In this document: positions 57,830-64,000 of the stretch, piece by piece
Layout: the number at the start of each line of letters is the position of its first letter
How positions within the stretch are numbered: the stretch's first letter is position 1
Assembly (NCBI GenBank): GCA_964553925.1
Contig: CAZKNR010000182.1
Span: 18,132 to 82,131, forward strand
Source: an uncultured Acidobacteriota bacterium
Lineage (GTDB): Bacteria; Acidobacteriota; Vicinamibacteria; Marinacidobacterales; SMYC01
Direction of reading: 5' to 3'
DNA length: 64,000 nucleotides
Program-made: the position numbers and the translations under genes
Notes under the pieces: generated by a model
The model's input: only the letters and a program-made list of their open reading frames with translations
What the model was told of the DNA's origin: nothing
Database searches by the model: none

Positions 57830-59065
57830 ATGGCCTGGGTCTCATCGAAGTACGCGTTCCGGAGCGTCGGGCGAAATCTCCGTCGCACCGCCCTCTCCGT
57901 CCTCGGCATCGGCATCGGCTGCACGCTCGCGCTCGTTACCGAGAGCATCAACCGCGGGCGCGACGAGCTCTTCGCCCGAATGGGGGCTTATAGCGGCGCC
58001 GGCCACTTGCGCGTGGTGCCGGAAGGCTGGCGCCTCAGGCGCGATCCCCGACTGAGGCTCGTCGACGGACAACAGGACCTCGAGGCGGCGCGAAGTCTTC
58101 CCGGAGTCGCCGCCGTGACCGTGCGGGCGAGAGCCCAGGTCCTGCTCGCCATGGGAACCCATGTCGTACCGCTGGAGATGGTGGGGGTCGATCCCGAAAA
58201 CGAGCCTCGGACCTACCGCTTCGTCCAAAACCTCGACGAAGGACGATACCTCGGGCCCGGCGAGCGCGGAGCCGCGGTGGTCGGGCGCGCGGTGGCCGAG
58301 CGGCTTCGCGCGGACCTGGACGACGATATTCTCGCGACCGCGGTCGGGAAGGACGGCGACATCGAGGCGGCGCTCTTCCGCATCGTCGGCATCGTCGCGA
58401 CCGGGAGCGAGGATCTCGACGCGAGCATCTGCCAGGTCACGGTCGAGGACCTGGAAGCGCTCACCGGCCTTCCGAGCGTCGCCGAGGTGGCTGTCATTCT
58501 CGAGGACTGGCGCGAGAGCGAATCTATCCGCGCTCTCCTCGCTCCGCGAATCGCGCCGGGAGACGAGGTCCTCACCTGGGGGGAGATCGCTCCCGAGTTC
58601 CAGGGCCACATGGAGCAGGACAAGGCGGCATCCCGCTTCCTCGGCTTTCTCATAATCGTAATCGTGATTCTGGGGGTCGCGAGCGCCCAGCTCGCGGCCG
58701 TCCTCGAGCGGCGCCGCGAATTCGCCGTCCTTTCCGCCCTCGGAATGCAAGCGGGACACATGGTGCGCCTGGTCCTCCAGGAAGGCCTCACCCTCGGCTT
58801 TTTCGGAGGCGCCCTCGGCTTTGCCCTCGGCGCACCTCTGGTCTGGCATCTGGCGAGCGCGGGTCTGGACTTCCGCGAGTACATGGGATCGAGCTACTCC
58901 TTCCAGGGCGTCGTTCTCGAGCCCATCCTCTACGGCGACTTCGGGGCCTGGATGATCCCCTACGTTCTTCTCATCGCCGTCGGAACCACCCTGGCCGCGA
59001 GCCTGTATCCGGCCTGGTTCGCGGCGCGAACCGATCCCGCCGTCGCTCTGAGGGTCGCCCAATGA
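57830..59065 (+). CDS. ABC transporter permease (FtsX/MacB/LolE-like), a paralogue of the upstream gene.
   Basis: The architecture matches the upstream permease. The ATG lies 2 nt after the upstream stop. Confidence 0.85.
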   Translation: MAWVSSKYAFRSVGRNLRRTALSVLGIGIGCTLALVTESINRGRDELFARMGAYSGAGHLRVVPEGWRLRRDPRLRLVDGQQDLEAARSLPGVAAVTVRARAQVLLAMGTHVVPLEMVGVDPENEPRTYRFVQNLDEGRYLGPGERGAAVVGRAVAERLRADLDDDILATAVGKDGDIEAALFRIVGIVATGSEDLDASICQVTVEDLEALTGLPSVAEVAVILEDWRESESIRALLAPRIAPGDEVLTWGEIAPEFQGHMEQDKAASRFLGFLIIVIVILGVASAQLAAVLERRREFAVLSALGMQAGHMVRLVLQEGLTLGFFGGALGFALGAPLVWHLASAGLDFREYMGSSYSFQGVVLEPILYGDFGAWMIPYVLLIAVGTTLAASLYPAWFAARTDPAVALRVAQ

Positions 59066-59820
59066 ACGAGAACGCCGAGAAAATCGTGGTCGCGAGAGAA
59101 CTCACCAAGATCTTCCGGATCGGAAAGCTCGACGTGCCGGCCCTCCGGGGCGTGGATCTCGTCATCCACCAGGGCGAGTTCCTCGCGCTCGTGGGACCTT
59201 CGGGGAGCGGCAAGACGACGTTCCTCAACCTGGTGGGCGCTCTCGACCGGCCGACCGAGGGCGAGCTGACGGTGCTCGGTCGGCGGGTGGCCGAGCTTTC
59301 GAAGCGGGAGCGCGCCGAGCTCCGGCTTCGCTCGCTCGGGTTCGTGTTCCAGGCCTATAACCTCGTGCCGGTTCTCACCGCGCTCGAGAACGTGGAGTTC
59401 GTGCTCGAGCTCCGCGGTATGGGATCGGAGCGCCGCTCGCACGCCCTCGACGTGCTCGACGAGCTCGGCCTCGCCGAGCTCGCCCACCGGAGACCCGCGG
59501 AGCTCTCGGGAGGTCAGCAGCAGCGAGTCGCCGTGGCCCGCGCGGTGGCGGCGAGGCCGAGGCTGGTTCTCGCCGACGAACCCACGGCGAACCTGGACGG
59601 CGAGAACGCGGAGATCCTCATGCACCTGATGAGGGATCTCGGGGAGCAGCACGACATGACGTTCGTGTTCTCGACCCACGATCCCCGTGTGGTGGCACAT
59701 GCCGCGCGGGTGGTGACGCTCGTCGACGGCCGCGTGGCGCGAGATGAGGAGAAGAGGGGCGAGGCGCCCCACGAGATCCTCCCGGGGATCGGGAAAGCGC
59801 CCCAGACTCCGGAGCGCTGA
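59062..59820 (+). CDS. ABC transporter ATP-binding protein (LolD/MacB-type).
   Basis: Walker A is GPSGSGKTT. The signature LSGGQQQRV and Walker B LADEPT are present. The start overlaps the upstream stop as ATGA. Confidence 0.9.
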   Translation: MNENAEKIVVARELTKIFRIGKLDVPALRGVDLVIHQGEFLALVGPSGSGKTTFLNLVGALDRPTEGELTVLGRRVAELSKRERAELRLRSLGFVFQAYNLVPVLTALENVEFVLELRGMGSERRSHALDVLDELGLAELAHRRPAELSGGQQQRVAVARAVAARPRLVLADEPTANLDGENAEILMHLMRDLGEQHDMTFVFSTHDPRVVAHAARVVTLVDGRVARDEEKRGEAPHEILPGIGKAPQTPER

Positions 59821-59821
59821 A

Positions 59822-61081
59822 ATGCGGCGACGAGCGATTCCGATGGCGCTCTTCGCCTGCGCGCTCTTCGCGGTCGACGCCGACGTTCTCGTGGCGCAAG
59901 ACCATTGGTTCCGCCTTCGAACCTCGTTCAAAGGAACCCTCCTCCTCTCTCACTCACCGGAGGCTCCGCTTCTCTTCCCCGATTGGCCCGAGCGCGACAC
60001 CGCGACGTCGTTCTGGCGGGTTCGCTTCGAGCCCGAGGCTCGCCTGGGAACGCGGTTCACCCTCGGGGCCGCATACGAGCAGCGCATTCGCGTTTTCTCC
60101 GCCGCATCGGGCGCGGCCGGACTGGGCCTCCTGCCTCCCGACACTCCCGCCCCCTATCGAATCAGTCAACTCGACTGGAATATCTCGAGCTCCTCCGGCT
60201 CGTCCTGGCGTCACGAGATCGATCGCGCCTATCTCGCGGTGCATCTGGAGAGCGTGGAGCTCACTCTGGGCCGTCAAGCCGTGGGCTGGGGCCGGGGCGT
60301 TCTCTTCGGCGCCGTGGATCTGTTCTCGCCCTTCACTCCGCTCGAGGCCGATCGCGAGTGGAGAAGGGGTGTCGATGCGATTCGGGCAGACTTCAAGCTC
60401 ACGACCCGCTCCTCTCTCGACGTCGTGGGAGCGTTCGGCGAGAGCCTGGACGAGTCGGCCTTCGCGGCGCGCTTCCGAGGATACCGGGGCGAGGCGGATC
60501 TCGAGCTCGTCGGCGGATACCGAGCTCGCGACGTTTTCATCGGGATCACGAGCTCCGCCGCCGTCTCTGGGGCGGAGATCCACGGCGAGCTCGCTCTGTT
60601 CCGCGCTCCCGAGGCCCTGCCCGCGGGCGGGCTCGGGAGCGATGATCGCGTGGCGCTCAAAGCTGTTCTAGGGGGCTCGTATCGAATCCCGTTGGCGAAC
60701 GGCATCCTGCTGTTCGTCGAGTATCACTACTCGGGATTCGGTGCCCCGAGTGCGGAGGAGATCCTTCCACTTCTTTCCGATCCTGCTTTTCGGAAGCGGT
60801 ACATTCGGGGGGACACCCAGATCCTGGAGCGCCAGGCGCTCGCAGCGCTCGCTACCTATGAATTCTCTCCGGAGCTCGCTCTGAGCGGTCAGTGGATCCA
60901 GAGCCCGATCGACGGCTCGGGAGTCGTCGCGCCCTCGGCCACCTGGACGCTTTCCGATCGGCTTTCGCTTCTCGGAAGCGTCTACCTTCCTTACGGCGCC
61001 GCGCCCGAGGGGCTCACCCTGAAGAGCACCTACGGCGCCGCGGCGATGTCCGGCTTGCTTCAGATCCGGATCTACATCTGA
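59822..61081 (+). CDS. Hypothetical outer-membrane (probable beta-barrel) protein.
   Basis: A signal peptide (MRRRAIPMALFACALFAVDADVLVAQ) is present. Alternating amphipathic strands end in a C-terminal ...RIYI. The ATG lies 1 nt after the ABC ATPase stop. Confidence 0.5.
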   Translation: MRRRAIPMALFACALFAVDADVLVAQDHWFRLRTSFKGTLLLSHSPEAPLLFPDWPERDTATSFWRVRFEPEARLGTRFTLGAAYEQRIRVFSAASGAAGLGLLPPDTPAPYRISQLDWNISSSSGSSWRHEIDRAYLAVHLESVELTLGRQAVGWGRGVLFGAVDLFSPFTPLEADREWRRGVDAIRADFKLTTRSSLDVVGAFGESLDESAFAARFRGYRGEADLELVGGYRARDVFIGITSSAAVSGAEIHGELALFRAPEALPAGGLGSDDRVALKAVLGGSYRIPLANGILLFVEYHYSGFGAPSAEEILPLLSDPAFRKRYIRGDTQILERQALAALATYEFSPELALSGQWIQSPIDGSGVVAPSATWTLSDRLSLLGSVYLPYGAAPEGLTLKSTYGAAAMSGLLQIRIYI

Positions 61082-61094
61082 ATCGACGACCGTC

Positions 61095-63611
61095 ATGCGC
61101 CAGAAGCTAGCGATCGAGCGGGTAGCGGGGCTTCTCGACGGCGAGCGGGGCCTGAGCTCGGTTGAAGTGGAAGCAAGGCGCCAGAAGTACGGGACCAACG
61201 ACATCGTGGAGGTCCCCGGGAATCCCTGGCGCGAGCTCGCGCGGGAGACGGCGCGCGACCCGATGATCTGGTTTCTCGTGGGGACGGCCGTCCTCTATCT
61301 CGCTCTCGGGAGTCCGGTGGAAGCGCTCACGCTCCTCGCCGCCATCCTGCCGCTCGTCGGAATGGACGCTTACCTGCACCGGCGGACCCAGGCTTCGACC
61401 GCGGGCCTCCTTCAGAAGCTTGCTTCTCGCGCGAGCGTCCTGCGCGAGGGGACCTGGAGCGAGATCCCGGCAATCGATCTCGTGCCCGGCGATCTCGCGA
61501 GAGTCGGAAGCGGTCAGGCGTTCCCAGCCGACGGGCTCATCGCATTCGCGGAAGAAGCCCAGGCCGATGAGTCCTCGGTCACGGGAGAGGCTTACCCGGT
61601 CCGCAAGCGCTCGTTGCCACGTCTTCCGCCCGCGGCGAAGGAACCGCCGCCTCTGCCGCCTGCGGCAGAGGATCCAATCGTCGACGGAATCCACTGGGGG
61701 TTCGCCGGCACTCGCCTGCTCACGGGTACGGCGCTCCTCCGGGTGGTCGCCACCGGGCCGGAGACGATCTATGGCGCCATCGTTCGCTCGGCGACTCAGG
61801 GGGCGAGAGCCCCGACGCCTCTCCAGGAAGCGGTCGCGGATCTGGTTCGAGGTCTGCTCGTCGTGGCCGCGGCGCTCTGCGTGGTTCTGGCCGCGGTGCG
61901 CGTTCGTCAAGGTCATGGTTGGGTCGACGCGCTCATCAGCGCCGCTACTCTCGGGGTCGCTGCCCTTCCCGAGGAGTTCCCCGTGGCGTTCACGGTTTTC
62001 CTCGGAGTGGGCGTCTACCGGCTGGCCGGCCGGAAGGCGCTCGTTCGACGCGCGGTTTCGGTCGAGAACATCGGCCGCGCGACGTGCATCTGCACCGACA
62101 AGACCGGCACCATCACCGAAGGACGACTTCGCCTCGAACGCATAGTTCCCGCGGGGCTCATGTCGACGGAGCACCTTCTCCGTCTCGGAGCCCTCGCCTC
62201 CCGCGAGGAGAGCGCCGATCCTCTGGATGCCGCTATCTTGAATCGCGTCGCCGAGGAGAAGCTCGAGCGTCCGATCGTCAAGCTCGTCGCCACCTTTCCG
62301 TTCACCGAGAACCGGCGCCGGGAGACCGCGGTCGTCGAGATCGAGGGAGACCTCCTCGCGGTCACAAAAGGCTCGCCGGAAGTGATCCTGGGGATGTCGG
62401 CGCTCAAGGACGAGGAGCGGAAGCTCTGGACTCGCCGGATCGAGGAGCTCGCTTCGGGAGGGCGACGAGTCATCGCATGCGCCTCAAGGTCGCTGCCATC
62501 GGGATTCTCGGAGGGTGAGCCCGATCGCGGCTACCAGTTCGCGGGTGCGCTTCTGTTCGAAGATCCTCTGCGAGAGGGGGCGCGCGAGGCGGTCGAGACC
62601 TGCCGGGAATCGGGAATCCGGGTCATGATGATTACCGGGGATCATCCCGAGACCGCGCGATCGGTCGCGACCTCGGTCGGGCTCGGGGGAGGCTCCCCCA
62701 AAGTTCTGTCGGGAGAGGAGCTCGAAGGGTTCACGGGAATGCCCCTCGCTCGGCTACTCGAAGGCGTCGACGTCATCGCCCGGGCCATGCCGCTCCACAA
62801 GCTCGCCCTGGTGCGCGCGCTCCAGGCGGCGGGGGAAGTCGTGGTGGTCACCGGGGACGGAGTCAACGATGTTCCCGCTCTCCAGGCTGCCGACGTCGGG
62901 GTGGCGATGGGCGAGCGGGGAACGAGGAGCGCCCGGGAAGTGGCCTCGATCGTTCTCCTCGACGACAATTTCAGCAGCATCGTCGGCGCGATCTCGGAAG
63001 GGCGCCAGCTCTTCCGCAACCTGCAGCTCAGCTTCCAGTACCTGCTGACGTTCCACATACCCCTGGTGCTCACCGCCACGTTCATTCCGCTCGCGGGCTA
63101 TCCCCTGTTGTATCTTCCAATTCATATAGTCTGGCTCGAAGCGATGATCCACCCGACCGCGCTTCTGGTGTTCCAGGAGATCCCCCAAACCAGACGGCTC
63201 GAGCCCGTCCGCCGCACACGAAAAGCCCGCTTCTTCAGCAGGCTCGACTGGATTTCGATCGCGCTCGTCGGCGCCCTGGGCACGCTCCTCGTTTCCCTGA
63301 GCTTCGATCGGAGCCTCGGCGTCCCAATCGACGTCGAGCATGCCCGGGCCATGGCACTCGTCTCGCTCGTCGGCTTCGGTGTCGCGCTCACTGCGTCGTT
63401 GAGCGGGTTGCGCACTCGGACCGCTCTCGTGGTCACGACGGCTTCGCTCGCGCTCGCCGTGCTGCTGGTATCGACGCCCCGCCTGTCCGAGCTCGTTCAT
63501 CTGAGCCCGCTTCACATCGACGACTGGTTCATTGGAATCGCGGGAGGCTTCCTCGCGGTTTTCGTCCCGAGGGCTCTCTTGAGAATCCTCCCTGCCCCGC
63601 GGCATGCTTGA
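61095..63611 (+). CDS. Cation-transporting P-type ATPase (P2-type, Ca2+/Mg2+-like).
   Basis: DKTGTIT phosphorylation, TGES-like and GDGVND motifs are present. The product has about 10 transmembrane helices. Confidence 0.85.
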   Translation: MRQKLAIERVAGLLDGERGLSSVEVEARRQKYGTNDIVEVPGNPWRELARETARDPMIWFLVGTAVLYLALGSPVEALTLLAAILPLVGMDAYLHRRTQASTAGLLQKLASRASVLREGTWSEIPAIDLVPGDLARVGSGQAFPADGLIAFAEEAQADESSVTGEAYPVRKRSLPRLPPAAKEPPPLPPAAEDPIVDGIHWGFAGTRLLTGTALLRVVATGPETIYGAIVRSATQGARAPTPLQEAVADLVRGLLVVAAALCVVLAAVRVRQGHGWVDALISAATLGVAALPEEFPVAFTVFLGVGVYRLAGRKALVRRAVSVENIGRATCICTDKTGTITEGRLRLERIVPAGLMSTEHLLRLGALASREESADPLDAAILNRVAEEKLERPIVKLVATFPFTENRRRETAVVEIEGDLLAVTKGSPEVILGMSALKDEERKLWTRRIEELASGGRRVIACASRSLPSGFSEGEPDRGYQFAGALLFEDPLREGAREAVETCRESGIRVMMITGDHPETARSVATSVGLGGGSPKVLSGEELEGFTGMPLARLLEGVDVIARAMPLHKLALVRALQAAGEVVVVTGDGVNDVPALQAADVGVAMGERGTRSAREVASIVLLDDNFSSIVGAISEGRQLFRNLQLSFQYLLTFHIPLVLTATFIPLAGYPLLYLPIHIVWLEAMIHPTALLVFQEIPQTRRLEPVRRTRKARFFSRLDWISIALVGALGTLLVSLSFDRSLGVPIDVEHARAMALVSLVGFGVALTASLSGLRTRTALVVTTASLALAVLLVSTPRLSELVHLSPLHIDDWFIGIAGGFLAVFVPRALLRILPAPRHA

Positions 63612-64000
63612 GTGACATGATGCATGAACGGAAACGTTCGTCGGCGGAAGGCACGCGGATGACGAAGCTCGTTCCCACGCTGCGCGTGATTGCGAGCGGC
63701 GGCAAGACCGTGCATCAGATCCGGTCGAGCTTCCCTGTTTCGGGGGTGGGGCCCGGTAGCCTTCGGTTCGCCTCGGAGTCGCGGGCCTTCGTTTCGTCCG
63801 ACGGGGGTCGGACGGGCTTTTCGAAAACCTCGGGAAGGGCCGTCGGAAGGAAGAGGAGCCTCCCTCTTTGAATGGACACGACCGCTCCGGTCCGCTTCTT
63901 TCGTTTCGTTCTCGAAGTTGGCTCGGAGCTTACAGCTTCGCCTTCAGCGTGCCCTTTCTTCGATTCCCGCGCAGCTACCATTGGAGCACCCCCTCTCCGG

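Noticed and set aside
63608-63871. The 87-aa ORF coupled to the P-type ATPase stop, as a real gene.
   Set aside because: Its composition (S/G/R-rich) and lack of any hydrophobic or structured segment make it look like a chance open frame. I left it as an unassigned region.

Overview
This is a 64-kb chromosomal window from a high-GC (about 68%) Gram-negative bacterium. The lineage is consistent with an Acidobacteriota- or Myxococcota-like genome, judged by Tat and Sec signal peptides, a LolA/FtsX/ABC export module, an outer-membrane barrel protein, abundant secreted peptidases and amidohydrolases, and pervasive ATGA/TAATG start-stop overlaps. No rRNA, tRNA, CRISPR array, transposase or integrase is recognisable, and coding density exceeds 90%. 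Many long antisense ORFs in the track are high-GC artefacts.

The window divides into three parts.
1. Positions 1-15.3 kb hold a periplasmic degradation cluster: threonine aldolase, a Tat-exported FMN alpha-hydroxy-acid oxidase, amidohydrolases, a secreted FAH-family hydrolase, an M48 peptidase with LemA, a prolyl oligopeptidase, and a 1091-aa TolB-propeller-amidohydrolase fusion.
2. Positions 15-30 kb hold central metabolism (MaeB, IDH) and envelope genes, including a 1079-aa delta-60/PQQ-repeat secreted protein, a formamidase and an M24 peptidase.
3. Positions 30-56 kb are the most interesting part. They carry two sigma-54 enhancer-binding proteins and at least five or six intergenic TGGCAC-N5-TTGCA-like promoters with correct GG-N10-GC spacing. 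These sit in front of an SPFH/flotillin gene, the ctaCDEF cytochrome oxidase operon (which ends in a new 78-aa CxxC gene), a zinc-ribbon/CBS operon, a four-gene universal-stress-protein array and a CBS gene. The same stretch also carries a cytochrome c-prime-like gene, a K+ channel apparently co-transcribed with an NtrC-like regulator, a decayed dihaem cytochrome c gene, and a 40-aa hydrophobic peptide. I read this as a candidate sigma-54-controlled membrane/respiratory stress regulon.

Other notable features:
- The pairing of a sigma-54 activator with flotillin and an upstream AT-rich inverted repeat, which looks like a PspF/PspA analogue.
- A duplicated roughly 70-nt element containing a GGCCTCGAGGCC palindrome upstream of ynfA and the formamidase gene.
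- A 9-bp x3.8 tandem repeat at the 5' end of maeB.
- A GAATTC-N5-GAATTC box upstream of the USP array.
- An AT-rich inverted repeat upstream of phoD.
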